The position numbers and the translations under genes were made by a program. This document shows, piece by piece, positions 1 to 8,735 of a DNA stretch of 64,000 nucleotides (the stretch's first letter is position 1; each line of letters starts with the position of its first letter). The stretch is taken from the NCBI GenBank assembly GCA_046565595.1, contig JBKHYG010000021.1:1455-65454 (forward strand), given 5' to 3'. The stretch is from Actinomycetota bacterium (lineage in GTDB: Bacteria > Actinomycetota > AC-67). The notes below the pieces were generated by a model. It did no database searches. It was not told the origin of the DNA and worked only from the letters and a program-made list of their open reading frames with translations.

Positions 1-1716
1 CCTTCAGCCAGCGTCGAAGGACCCGCACTCATCGGGGACCATGTTCGCATCGAAGCCGGAGCCAGGGTCCGCGAGTACTCGATCATCGGAGCCAATGTCG
101 GCATCGGGCAACGGGCCCTGCTCCATCGCACCAGCATCTACGACAACGCGCATGTCGGTGCGAACGCGGTGATCCGTGGCGCGATCGTGGGTCGCGGCGG
201 TGATGTGCGAGCGAACGCGGTGATCGAGGACGGCTGTGTCCTTGGCGACAGCGCCGTGATCGGCCGGGGCGCGACGCTCCAACCAGAGGTCAAGGTCTAC
301 CCCCACAAGCGTGTGGAAGCCGGTGCGAATGTCGCGCGCTCGATCATCTGGGAGTCCCTCGGCGCGCGCACGCTGTTCGGACGCCACGGGGTCAGCGGTC
401 TGGTCAATGTGGACCTAGGGCCAGATACCGCGGTCCGTCTCGGAGCCGCCTTCGCGAGCATCCTCCCGAGGGAAGCCACCGTCGTCACCTCACGCGACGC
501 CAGCCGCGCTTCCCGCACCATCAAACGAGCGATCATCGCCGGGTTGAACGGCGCGGGCGCAGATGTCGAAGACCTGGAGATCGCTCCGGTGCCGCTGCTT
601 CGGAGCCATGTGCGCGCATCGCGCGCGGCCGGGGGAGTGGCCGTCACCTGCGTCCCGGGGGATCCGAGGTCGATATCGATCAGGTTCATCGCGACCGAAG
701 GTGACGATCTTCCCGAAGCCCGCCAGCGTGAGATCGATCGGGTCTATTTCCGAGAGGACGCCAGACGCGCCTTCGTCGAAGAGATCGGCGAACTGAGGTA
801 TCCGCCTCGGGCACTTGAGTTCTATCAGACCGCGATCCTGCGGCGACTCGATCTGGAATCGCTTCGGCGATCGGGCTTGAAGACCGTCATCGATGCGGCA
901 TGGGGTCCGGCTGCCTTCGTGCTCCCCGGACTGGTCGGTCGGCTGGGAACCGACACCCTCACCAGACACGCCGCTATCGACGAACAGCGACCGACCCTGG
1001 ATGAGGCGTCCGAACAGCGCCTCGCCGAAGAGTTGGCCGAGTTGGTGAAGGCCAGCAGGGCCGATCTGGGTGTGCTGATCGCTCCGACCGCCGAGACCTT
1101 CACCCTGGTCGCCGAAGGCGGGTTGGCTCTCGATCGGCAGCAGCAAGCTCTGCTGTTGGCGGATCTGATCTGGGAGATCGATCGAGGCTCGACCGTCGTC
1201 GCTCCCGTATCGCTGACACGCCGTCTCGAGGACCTGGCCAAGGAGCGGGATGGACGGCTGGTCCGAAGCCCGAGGAGCAGTTCCTCGGTGCTGACGACCG
1301 CGCGCGCCGAGGATGCTGCGCTGGCCCTGACCGCTGACGGGGGAGCGGCCTTCATGAGCCTCACCGGCACGATCGACGCCATCGCAGCCACTGCGGCCCT
1401 GCACGAGATGCTCTCCCGATCTGGAGCCGCGATAGGAAGCAGGCTTGCGACCCTCCCTCGGGCCAGCGTGCATCACCGAACCGTCCCTACCCCCTGGGAG
1501 TCCAAGGGCGCTGTGATGCGAGCCTTCAGCGACACCTACCGCGATCGACCTACCGTCGAGATCGACGGGGTCGGCGTCGACCTGGGCGATGCATGGATCC
1601 TCGTCGCCCCCGACCCCGATGAGGCACTGACCCATATCTGGGCCGAATCCGAGGCAGAGGGGCGGGCCATGAGCGCTCTGGACGAGGCGATGAGCCTGGT
1701 TCAGCGGAACGGCTGA
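1..1716 (+). CDS. 5'-truncated CDS: hexapeptide-repeat (left-handed beta-helix) nucleotidyltransferase C-terminal region fused to phosphomannomutase/phosphoglucomutase-like domains
   Basis: Frame-1 ORF open at window edge; hexapeptide repeats (IGANVGIGQRALL, VGANAVIRGAIVG, IEDGCVLGDSAVIG); PGM/PMM-like region (GVSGLVNVDLGPDT..., GVAVTCVPGDP) in which the catalytic TASHNP serine loop is replaced by TCVPGDP. Confidence 0.5.
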   Translation, partial: PSASVEGPALIGDHVRIEAGARVREYSIIGANVGIGQRALLHRTSIYDNAHVGANAVIRGAIVGRGGDVRANAVIEDGCVLGDSAVIGRGATLQPEVKVYPHKRVEAGANVARSIIWESLGARTLFGRHGVSGLVNVDLGPDTAVRLGAAFASILPREATVVTSRDASRASRTIKRAIIAGLNGAGADVEDLEIAPVPLLRSHVRASRAAGGVAVTCVPGDPRSISIRFIATEGDDLPEARQREIDRVYFREDARRAFVEEIGELRYPPRALEFYQTAILRRLDLESLRRSGLKTVIDAAWGPAAFVLPGLVGRLGTDTLTRHAAIDEQRPTLDEASEQRLAEELAELVKASRADLGVLIAPTAETFTLVAEGGLALDRQQQALLLADLIWEIDRGSTVVAPVSLTRRLEDLAKERDGRLVRSPRSSSSVLTTARAEDAALALTADGGAAFMSLTGTIDAIAATAALHEMLSRSGAAIGSRLATLPRASVHHRTVPTPWESKGAVMRAFSDTYRDRPTVEIDGVGVDLGDAWILVAPDPDEALTHIWAESEAEGRAMSALDEAMSLVQRNG

Positions 1717-1757
1717 CCTCGCTATCCTTCGCGCCACCCCGACCAGACGGAGACGAG

Positions 1758-2126
1758 ATGTACCCGACCGAGCTTGGCTACACAGCAGAACATGAGTGGG
1801 CACGCGATGAAGACGGCAGGTTCCGCGTCGGCATAACCCACTACGCGCAAGACGCCCTAGGCGATGTGGTCTATGTGGACCTACCGGCGGTCGGTTCCGA
1901 GGTGACCGTCGGCAAGCCCTTCGGCGAGGTCGAGTCGACCAAGAGCGTCAGCGATCTCTACGCCCCCATGTCCGGCAAGATCGTCGAACGCAACCAAGAC
2001 CTCGAGGACAAGCCTGAGCTCGTCAACTCTGACCCTTACGGTGAAGGTTGGCTGGTTGTCATCGAACCCTCGGGAGAGGTTGAGAAACTCTTGACCTCAG
2101 AGGAATATCAAGGGTTGATCGGCTGA
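1758..2126 (+). CDS. gcvH: glycine cleavage system H protein
   Basis: 122 aa; lipoyl-lysine motif region EVESTKSVSDLYAPMSGKIVERN; typical GcvH length. Confidence 0.9.
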   Translation: MYPTELGYTAEHEWARDEDGRFRVGITHYAQDALGDVVYVDLPAVGSEVTVGKPFGEVESTKSVSDLYAPMSGKIVERNQDLEDKPELVNSDPYGEGWLVVIEPSGEVEKLLTSEEYQGLIG

Positions 2127-2572
2127 TGGAGCGCTGCGGAGTCTGCGAGACCGCGCTTCCTACCGGCGCGCGGTTCTGCCCCTCATGCGGCACCGTCGTC
2201 GAGCGCGAAGACGACAGCACGCTAGCGATGGGGATGGCGCCGGTCCCTCCAGGGCTGGACAGCCTGGGACCCGGCCAAGCGCTCCTGGTCGTGCGATCGG
2301 GGCCAACCTCAGGATCCACGATCGTGTTGGACTCAGACGAGGTGACGGTGGGCCGCGTTCCCGAGGCTGCGGTATTCCTTGATGATGTGACCGTCTCTCG
2401 TGAACATGCCCTGTTCGTGCGGACCAAGAACGGATTCCGCGTCAAGGACCGTCAGAGCCTGAACGGCACCTATGTGAATCGCGAGCGAGTAGACGACGCC
2501 GATCTGACCTCTGGCGACGAGATCCAGATCGGCCGCTTCCGACTCACCTACCACGAGGCTCCGTCGGGATGA
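2126..2572 (+). CDS. FHA-domain protein (GarA-like position) with N-terminal CxxC...CxxC zinc ribbon
   Basis: N-term CGVCE...CPSCG; FHA core TVGRVPEAAVFLDDVTVSREHALF...SLNGTYVNRERV; TGATG overlap with gcvH stop; same neighbourhood as mycobacterial gcvH-garA. Confidence 0.8.
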   Translation: MERCGVCETALPTGARFCPSCGTVVEREDDSTLAMGMAPVPPGLDSLGPGQALLVVRSGPTSGSTIVLDSDEVTVGRVPEAAVFLDDVTVSREHALFVRTKNGFRVKDRQSLNGTYVNRERVDDADLTSGDEIQIGRFRLTYHEAPSG

Positions 2573-3297
2573 GCGAGACGATGAGCATCGGCGAGGTCCT
2601 CGCCGCCCTACGCGAAGAGTTCCCCGATGTCAGCGTCAGCAAGATCCGATTCCTCGAGTCCGAGGGGCTGATAGCGCCGGCACGCTCTCCAAGCGGCTAT
2701 CGCCGGTTCGGCGAGTCCGACATCGAGCGTCTACGCGCCATCTTGAGGGTGCAGCGTGATTCGTTCATGCCGCTGAAGATCATCCGCAAGAGACTCGAGC
2801 AAGCCGATGCCAGGGGAGGATCACCCGAGGAACTCCTTGCGGCCGCAGCCGAGCAGGGATCCGAGGGGGAAGAAGACGAGGAGCGACGGCCCGACGATTT
2901 CCGCACCCCGGTCCCTCGCAGCACTTACACCGAGACCGATCTCGCGCACGAGACCGGACTGACGCTCACACAGGTGCAGCAGTTGCGCGATCTCGGCGTG
3001 CTGTGCGTGCACTCCGTCGACGGACAGACAGTCTTCGACCAGGAGGACACCGCCTTCGGCGCGTACGCCAAGACCCTGCTGACCCTCGGGCTGGACGGAC
3101 GACAGTTGAAGATCCTTCGACGGATCGCCGATCAAGAGGCAGACATCCTCGAGCAGATGAGCGTCGCCGCTCTGCGGAATCCGAACCCCGAAGCCAAGGA
3201 AGCGGCGATCGAACGACTCGCTTCGATGGCTGCGGCGACATCTGGTATCCGCCACGCGTATGTGACCGCGAGGCTCCGAGCCATCCTGCCGCGGTGA
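2569..3297 (+). CDS. MerR-family transcriptional regulator with two MerR-like HTH repeats (Rv1828-like)
   Basis: N-term IGEVLAALREEFPDVSVSKIRFLESEGLIAPARSPSGYRRF (MerR HTH); second HTH-like segment LTLTQVQQLRDLGVL; ATGA overlap with the upstream FHA gene. Confidence 0.75.
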   Translation: MSETMSIGEVLAALREEFPDVSVSKIRFLESEGLIAPARSPSGYRRFGESDIERLRAILRVQRDSFMPLKIIRKRLEQADARGGSPEELLAAAAEQGSEGEEDEERRPDDFRTPVPRSTYTETDLAHETGLTLTQVQQLRDLGVLCVHSVDGQTVFDQEDTAFGAYAKTLLTLGLDGRQLKILRRIADQEADILEQMSVAALRNPNPEAKEAAIERLASMAAATSGIRHAYVTARLRAILPR

Positions 3298-3875
3298 GTT
3301 TCCCTGCCGAGAGGTTCGCCGATCCCTCGCAGATCGCCGAGGCGGTCAGCGCGCTCGCGCGGAGGATCGATCGCGACCACGCCGACGCCGACCCGGTGAT
3401 GGTCGGGGTGCTCAAGGGCTGCATGCCCTTCCTGGCCGATCTGTCTCGCGCGATGCAGACGACCCCGGTGATCGATTTCTTGGCGGTCAGTCGCTTCGGA
3501 GACGAAGCCAAGCAAGGGGGAGTGGTCCGGATCCTGAAGGACCTCGACGAGGAGGTCCGAGGCCGACCGGTCGTGATAGTCGAGGACATCGTTGACACAG
3601 GGCTCACACCCTCGTATCTGCGTCGCCTGTTAGCAGCCCGCGCGCCATCCTCGCTCCGCCTCTGCGGACTCCTAGATCGGAGGGCGGCCCGAACCGGGTC
3701 GTTGAGCGTCGAATACGCCGGATTCGAGGCTCCGCAGGGGTATCTGGTCGGTTACGGACTGGACCTCGACGAAGATCTGCGCGACCTTCGGAGCCTCTGG
3801 CTGCTCCACGATGTCGAAGCGTTCTCGGACCCTGAGATGCGGAAAGCTCTACGCGAAAGGGACCGGACCGGGTGA
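3294..3875 (+). CDS. hpt: hypoxanthine(-guanine) phosphoribosyltransferase
   Basis: GTG start at 3294 overlapping the MerR stop (GTGA); HPRT motifs VLKGCMPFLADL, IDFLAVSRFG, PRPP-binding loop VVIVEDIVDTGLT. Confidence 0.85.
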   Translation: MSFPAERFADPSQIAEAVSALARRIDRDHADADPVMVGVLKGCMPFLADLSRAMQTTPVIDFLAVSRFGDEAKQGGVVRILKDLDEEVRGRPVVIVEDIVDTGLTPSYLRRLLAARAPSSLRLCGLLDRRAARTGSLSVEYAGFEAPQGYLVGYGLDLDEDLRDLRSLWLLHDVEAFSDPEMRKALRERDRTG

Positions 3876-3906
3876 CATCTGCCCGCCCGGTGGTAGATTC
3901 GGTCGC

Positions 3907-4398
3907 ATGGAACCTTCGGAAGCCGTCGAAGTGGACCTCGTCGGGGTCCGCGTCGAACTACCGATGAATAATCCCATCGTCCTGCTCCGCGAGCGCGAGG
4001 GAGAGCGATTCCTGCCCATCTATATCGGGCCGACAGAGGCCCAAGCCATCGCCTTCGCTCTTCAAGGCATCATCACGCAGCGGCCGATGACCCACGATCT
4101 GATGAAGTTGCTGTTCGACGCCCTGGGCGCCCGCGTCGAGAAGGTCGAGGTCACCGACCTCCAGGAAGGAACCTTCTTCGCCGACCTTCACATCGTCACC
4201 AAGGACGAGACCAAGATCATCTCTTGCAGGCCAAGCGACGCCGTTGCTCTGGCTGTGCGCATGGGCGTGAGGCTCTTCGTCCACCCCCATGTCCTTGAGG
4301 AAGCCGGGATCTTGATCCGGGACGAAGACGAGGAGCGCGAGGTCGCCAAGTTCCGCGAGTTCATCGACCAGATCACTCCCGAAGACTTCGCTTCCTGA
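3907..4398 (+). CDS. bifunctional nuclease domain protein (DUF151/BFN family; Rv1829-like)
   Basis: ATG at 3907; conserved RPMTHDLMKLL...ISCRPSDAVALAVRMGVRLFV block typical of DUF151; syntenic position between the two MerR genes. Confidence 0.7.
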   Translation: MEPSEAVEVDLVGVRVELPMNNPIVLLREREGERFLPIYIGPTEAQAIAFALQGIITQRPMTHDLMKLLFDALGARVEKVEVTDLQEGTFFADLHIVTKDETKIISCRPSDAVALAVRMGVRLFVHPHVLEEAGILIRDEDEEREVAKFREFIDQITPEDFAS

Positions 4399-4469
4399 CC
4401 TCTGACGAGGGATTTTAACCCTCTACCCTAGGTCTCAGCAGCCTCTAGTGTCACAAGAGACTTGACCCG

Positions 4470-4498
4470 TTGACACCCTCAACCTCGCTGCCTAGCGT
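4470..4498 (+). promoter_or_regulatory. putative sigma-70-type promoter (TTGACA-17 bp-TAGCGT) upstream of the MerR/gcvP transcription unit
   Basis: TTGACA at 4470-4475 and TAGCGT at 4493-4498 with a 17-bp spacer, about 50 nt upstream of the ATG at 4547. Confidence 0.3.
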
Positions 4499-4546
4499 GC
4501 CACTCGCGTAGTTACACGGCCGTGAGTCGTCAGGCCTGGGGGATAC

Positions 4547-5011
4547 ATGGAGCAGGGGTTCAGCGGACCGAAGGTCAGCAACATCGTTGGCATCACCTAC
4601 CGCCAGTTGGATTACTGGGCGACCAAGGGGATCGTCACGCCGTCGATCGCGAACGCGAAGGGCAGCGGGAGTCGACGCCGATACTCGTTCCAGGATCTCG
4701 TCGAACTGAGGGTGATCAAGAAGCTCCTCGACGCAGGGATATCTCTACCCAAGATCCGTAAGGCGATCGACTTCGTCCAAGGGGAGTTGAAGCTTCCACT
4801 ATCGGATGTGACCTTGGTGTCCGATGGAACCACGATCCACGCCTGCCTCACCGGAGATGAGGTGCTGGACGCTCTCTCGGGCGGGCAGGCCGTGTTCGCG
4901 GTCGCGGTCGGCAGGGTCGCCGAAGAGATGCAAGGCGAGATCGCTCAACTGCACACCCAAGCCGAAGAGACCACCGAGACTCGAGAGGAACCCAAGGCCG
5001 GCCTTTCATAG
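4547..5011 (+). CDS. MerR-family transcriptional regulator (Rv1830-like)
   Basis: N-terminal HTH IVGITYRQLDYWATKGIVTPS...RRYSFQDLVELRVIKKLLDAGISL; sits immediately upstream of gcvPA. Confidence 0.75.
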   Translation: MEQGFSGPKVSNIVGITYRQLDYWATKGIVTPSIANAKGSGSRRRYSFQDLVELRVIKKLLDAGISLPKIRKAIDFVQGELKLPLSDVTLVSDGTTIHACLTGDEVLDALSGGQAVFAVAVGRVAEEMQGEIAQLHTQAEETTETREEPKAGLS

Positions 5012-5056
5012 GATGCGGGCTCCTGCCCCGATACCTATCGAACGCGAAAGGCCGAA

Positions 5057-6418
5057 GTGGAGTTCACCCCACATACCCCGGACGATATCGACAGCATGCT
5101 TGCCGTCATCGGGGCCGGATCCATCGATGAGCTCTTCGAGGTGATCCCTTCCGAGATCCGGCTCGACCGTCCGCTGGATCTTCCTGCCGGCAAGAGCGAG
5201 ACGGAGGTGTTGCGGGAACTCGGTGCTCTCGCCCAGACGAACCTCGACTGTGACCGCCTGATCTGTTTCGCAGGCGCCGGCACCTACGACCATCGCGTCC
5301 CGTCGTTCGTCTGGCCGCTACTTGGCCGTGGTGAGTTCCTGACCGCATACACCCCCTACCAACCCGAACTCTCGCAAGGTGTGCTGCAGGCGCTCTTCGA
5401 GTACCAGTCGATGGTCTGTGCGATGACCGGCATGGCGGTCAGCAACGCGGGCCTGTACGACGGAGCGACCGCTCTGGTCGAAGGCGTGAACCTGTCTGTT
5501 GCCGCTACGGGCCATACCGGTGTGGTGATCGCCGGCGCGGTCCACCCAGCCTCACGCAAGGTGCTCGCGACCCAGGGAGCCGGACTCAGCCTGGTCATCG
5601 ATCATGTTCCTTCTTCGCCGACCGGGACCGCAGATCTTGATGCCATACGAGCGGCCGTAGGCGAGCAGACCGCCGCCGTGGTCGTTCAGCATCCGAACCT
5701 GCTCGGCTGCCTGGAGCAGGTCGATCAGTTGGCCGAGATCGCACACTCTGTCGGCGCGCGCCTGGTCTGTTCCTTCGATCTGGCCTTGAGCGGCGTGCTC
5801 ACCTCGCCAGGCGACCTCGGGGCTGATGTGGTCGTCGCAGACGGAGGGTCCTTCGGCAATCATCTGAACTTCGGCGGACCTTCGACCGGGATCATCGCGG
5901 TGGGGGAGAAGGACATCCGTCGTCTGCCCGGACGGCTCGTAGGCGAGACCAGAGACGCTGCCGGTCGTCGCGCCTTCGTCTTGACGCTGCAGGCGCGCGA
6001 GCAGCACATACGACGCGAGAAGGCGACCAGCAACATCTGCACCAACCAGACGCTGAACACCTTGGCGGTCGCGATGACGATGGCGTGGCTCGGGCCTGCC
6101 GGGCTCCGCGAACTCGGCGAGCAGTGTGTGGCAAGAGCCCACTATGCGCGCGAACGCCTCATCGATGTGGCGGGAGCAGAACCTGTGACGACAGCGGCCT
6201 TCGGCAAGGAGTTCGCCGTGCGCCTGACTGCCGATGCGGCGACCGTGGTCTCGAGGGCTTCTGCCGACCATGTCTTGGCGGGGGTTCCGCTCTCGCGCCT
6301 AGAGCCGGACGCTCATCCGAACGATCTACTGGTCGCGGTAACCGAGCAACGCAGCCGCGATGACATCGACACCCTCGCCGAAGCGGTCGCGCGCGCATCC
6401 AAGGAGACAGCGCGATGA
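5057..6418 (+). CDS. gcvPA: glycine dehydrogenase (decarboxylating) subunit 1 (N-terminal half of P-protein)
   Basis: 453 aa; conserved GcvPA N-terminus and YTPYQPELSQG motif; ATGA overlap with the next gene. Confidence 0.9.
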   Translation: MEFTPHTPDDIDSMLAVIGAGSIDELFEVIPSEIRLDRPLDLPAGKSETEVLRELGALAQTNLDCDRLICFAGAGTYDHRVPSFVWPLLGRGEFLTAYTPYQPELSQGVLQALFEYQSMVCAMTGMAVSNAGLYDGATALVEGVNLSVAATGHTGVVIAGAVHPASRKVLATQGAGLSLVIDHVPSSPTGTADLDAIRAAVGEQTAAVVVQHPNLLGCLEQVDQLAEIAHSVGARLVCSFDLALSGVLTSPGDLGADVVVADGGSFGNHLNFGGPSTGIIAVGEKDIRRLPGRLVGETRDAAGRRAFVLTLQAREQHIRREKATSNICTNQTLNTLAVAMTMAWLGPAGLRELGEQCVARAHYARERLIDVAGAEPVTTAAFGKEFAVRLTADAATVVSRASADHVLAGVPLSRLEPDAHPNDLLVAVTEQRSRDDIDTLAEAVARASKETAR

Positions 6419-7884
6419 CACTGCAAGCTTCGAACACCCCTGCAGAACAGACCCTGATGGAACGAAGCCGTCCGGGACGCCGAGCAGCGAAGATGCCTTC
6501 GCTAGATGTGCCAGAGATCGCGGCTGACGCGATCCCTGCGAACCTGCTGCGGCTAAGCCCCGTGGCTCTGCCGGAGTTGGCCGAACGGGACCTGGTCACC
6601 CACTACACGCGTCTGTCGCGACGCAACTACGGCATCGATCTGGGCTTCTACCCTCTGGGCTCTTGCACTATGAAGTACAACCCCAGGCTGAACGAAGAGG
6701 TCGCCGCGATGCCTGGGTTCAGGAGACTCCATCCTTTGCAGCCAGAGGAGCAGGTCCAGGGCACCCTGCGTCTGCTCGTCGAACTCGAAGAGGCACTGAA
6801 CGAGATGACGGGCATGGCGGCAGCGACCTTCCAGCCGGCGGCGGGCGCGCACGGGGAACTGACCGGGCTGCTGCTGATGCGTGCCTTCCATGCAGCAAAC
6901 GGAGAACTCGACCAGAGGCGCAAGGTCATCATCCCCGCCGCGGCTCACGGAACCAACACAGCCAGCGTCCGGCTGGCCGGCTTCGAGACGGTCGAGGTAC
7001 CTAGCGATCGTCGCGGCCTGGTCGACATCGCCGCGCTGGAGGAACTCGTCGACGATGCGGTGGTCGGGTTGATGATCACGAACCCGAACACCCTTGGGCT
7101 GTTCGAGGACAACATCACCAAGATCGCCTCGCTCATCCACGGCGTAGGTGGGTTGCTCTACTACGACGGCGCCAACCTGAACGCGATCGTCGGCCACTGC
7201 CGGCCCGGAGACATGGGTTTCGACATCGTCCACATGAACCTGCACAAGACCTTCTCGACCCCGCATGGCGGGGGAGGACCCGGTGCCGGGCCGATCGGGG
7301 TCTCCGAACGCTTGATCCCGTTCCTTCCAGGACCCCGACCCGCTCGCAACGCTGACGGGACCTTCGGTTGGCACCCAGCCGACGAGTTGTCGATCGGGCG
7401 GGTGCACGGCACCTGGGGGAACATCGGGGTATTGGTGCGAGCCTTCACCTACATAAGGACGCTCGGCGCCGAAGGGTTGCGAGGCGTCAGCGAGATGGCC
7501 GTGCTGAACGCCAACTACCTCTTGGCGCGGCTGAAGGAACGCTTCGATGTCGCATACGACACCCAGCCGCTACATGAGTTCGTCCTGACCGCCAACCGGC
7601 AGAAGGCTCGCGGCGCCCGGGCCATGGATGTCGCTAAGCGTCTGATCGACCACGGGATGCACCCGATGACGGTCTACTTCCCGCTGGTGGTCGAAGAAGC
7701 GATGATGATCGAGCCGACAGAGACCGAGTCTCGCGAGACGCTGGACGCCTTCGTAGAGGCCCTGTTCTCGATCGACCGCGAGATCGACGAGGATCTTGAC
7801 ACCGTCCTTGGCGCGCCTCACACCGCGCCGATCTCGCGGCCGGATGAAGCGACGGCAGCTCGCAGCCCCAAGGTGCGCTGGTAG
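6415..7884 (+). CDS. gcvPB: glycine dehydrogenase (decarboxylating) subunit 2 (PLP-binding C-terminal half)
   Basis: 489 aa; GSCTMKYNP..., PLP-lysine region NLHKTFSTPHGGGGPG. Confidence 0.9.
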   Translation: MTLQASNTPAEQTLMERSRPGRRAAKMPSLDVPEIAADAIPANLLRLSPVALPELAERDLVTHYTRLSRRNYGIDLGFYPLGSCTMKYNPRLNEEVAAMPGFRRLHPLQPEEQVQGTLRLLVELEEALNEMTGMAAATFQPAAGAHGELTGLLLMRAFHAANGELDQRRKVIIPAAAHGTNTASVRLAGFETVEVPSDRRGLVDIAALEELVDDAVVGLMITNPNTLGLFEDNITKIASLIHGVGGLLYYDGANLNAIVGHCRPGDMGFDIVHMNLHKTFSTPHGGGGPGAGPIGVSERLIPFLPGPRPARNADGTFGWHPADELSIGRVHGTWGNIGVLVRAFTYIRTLGAEGLRGVSEMAVLNANYLLARLKERFDVAYDTQPLHEFVLTANRQKARGARAMDVAKRLIDHGMHPMTVYFPLVVEEAMMIEPTETESRETLDAFVEALFSIDREIDEDLDTVLGAPHTAPISRPDEATAARSPKVRW

Positions 7885-7960
7885 GAGAGCCCGGCCAGTA
7901 GAGGGTCCCAGGCCGAGTGATCCCCTGCCTCCCGGTCTTACTTTACAGAACACACATTAT

Positions 7961-8037
7961 CGGCGTTATGCCTCTGGCCTGGGACCTTCCGAGCGTATCG
8001 GGGTTATGCCTCTGGCCTGGGGCCTTCCGGGCGTCTG
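7961..8037. repeat. imperfect 39-bp tandem duplication (2 units) spanning the 3' end and stop codon of ppm1
   Basis: gcgttatgcctctggcctgggaccttccgagcgt (7963-7996) vs gggttatgcctctggcctggggccttccgggcgt (8002-8035); both copies encode ...EGPRPEA* when read on the minus strand. Confidence 0.6.
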
Positions 8038-8735
8038 CGCTGAGCCGCCCACCGAGCCACCGTCACCAGCGCTTCGAGGACGATCGCGCGACTCATCTTG
8101 CTGCTGCCGGCGCGCCTCTCGGTGAAACAGATCGGGACCTCGCAGATCTCGAAGCCGTTCAGCCAGGTTCGCCAAGCCATCTCGATCTGGAAGCCGTAAC
8201 CGTCGCTGGTGACCGAATCCAGATCGAGCGCCGATAACGCGCGTCGGCTGTATGCGCGGAACCCGCTGGTGGAATCCCTGACCGGTAAGCCCAAGGCTCT
8301 CCTGGCATAGCGATTCCCGAAACGGCTGAGAGCCTCCCTCGCGCGGCTCCAGCCTTGCGTGCGGCCGCCCGGCACATAGCGACTCCCTATCGCCAGGTCG
8401 CATCGTCCCAGGGCCGCGATCAGGCGCGGCACATCCGAAGCATCGTGGCTGCCATCGGCATCCATCTCGAGTATCGCGTGCACGCTCTCATCGGCCAGCA
8501 GGAGCTTGAACGAATCGAGGTACGCCCGCCCGAGGCCCTGTTTGCCGGGTCGGTGATGTACCTGGATGCGAGCGTCGCCAGCTGCCAGGTCATCCGCGAT
8601 GTCCCCCGTCCCGTCCGGCGAAGCGTCGTCGGCTATGAGGATGCGCACTTCGGGAGCCGCGTCACGGATCGCCGCGACCGTCACAGCGAGCATCTCGGCC
8701 TCGTTGTAGGTCGGCAGCACGACCACCGCGCTCAC
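8004..8735 (-). CDS. ppm1: polyprenol-monophosphomannose synthase (GT2 family dolichol-phosphate mannosyltransferase-like)
   Basis: GT2 motifs VVLPTYNEAEM, ILIADDASPDGT, FRAYSRRAL; GTG start at 8735 overlapping the lnt stop (GTGA); the longer ORF in the track is an upstream artefact. Confidence 0.8.
   Translation of the reverse strand: MSAVVVLPTYNEAEMLAVTVAAIRDAAPEVRILIADDASPDGTGDIADDLAAGDARIQVHHRPGKQGLGRAYLDSFKLLLADESVHAILEMDADGSHDASDVPRLIAALGRCDLAIGSRYVPGGRTQGWSRAREALSRFGNRYARRALGLPVRDSTSGFRAYSRRALSALDLDSVTSDGYGFQIEMAWRTWLNGFEICEVPICFTERRAGSSKMSRAIVLEALVTVARWAAQRRRPEGPRPEA

Noticed and set aside
490-1803. Long antisense ORFs in the six-frame track (for example 490..1803 minus, 825..1391 minus, 5552..6271 minus, 6553..7407 minus, 9753..10103 minus, 28327..30137 plus inside the RTX gene, 35965..36996 plus inside dop)
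   Set aside because: They lie entirely antisense to, or out of frame with, genes that have strong family-specific motifs. Their composition (Arg/Ala/Pro/Gly-rich) is typical of spurious ORFs in high-GC DNA.
4399-4546. Possible glycine riboswitch in the leader of the MerR–gcvPA–gcvPB unit
   Set aside because: No GGAGAG...ACCGAAGG...CTCTGGAGAG aptamer cores and no tandem-aptamer architecture visible; only a sigma-70-like promoter motif was found. A covariance-model scan would be decisive.
7961-8037. Repeat could be a CRISPR array
   Set aside because: Only two units, directly adjacent (period 39) with no unique spacers; the units are a duplicated coding-sequence end. The same logic applies to the 16-bp x3 repeat at 60139-60188.
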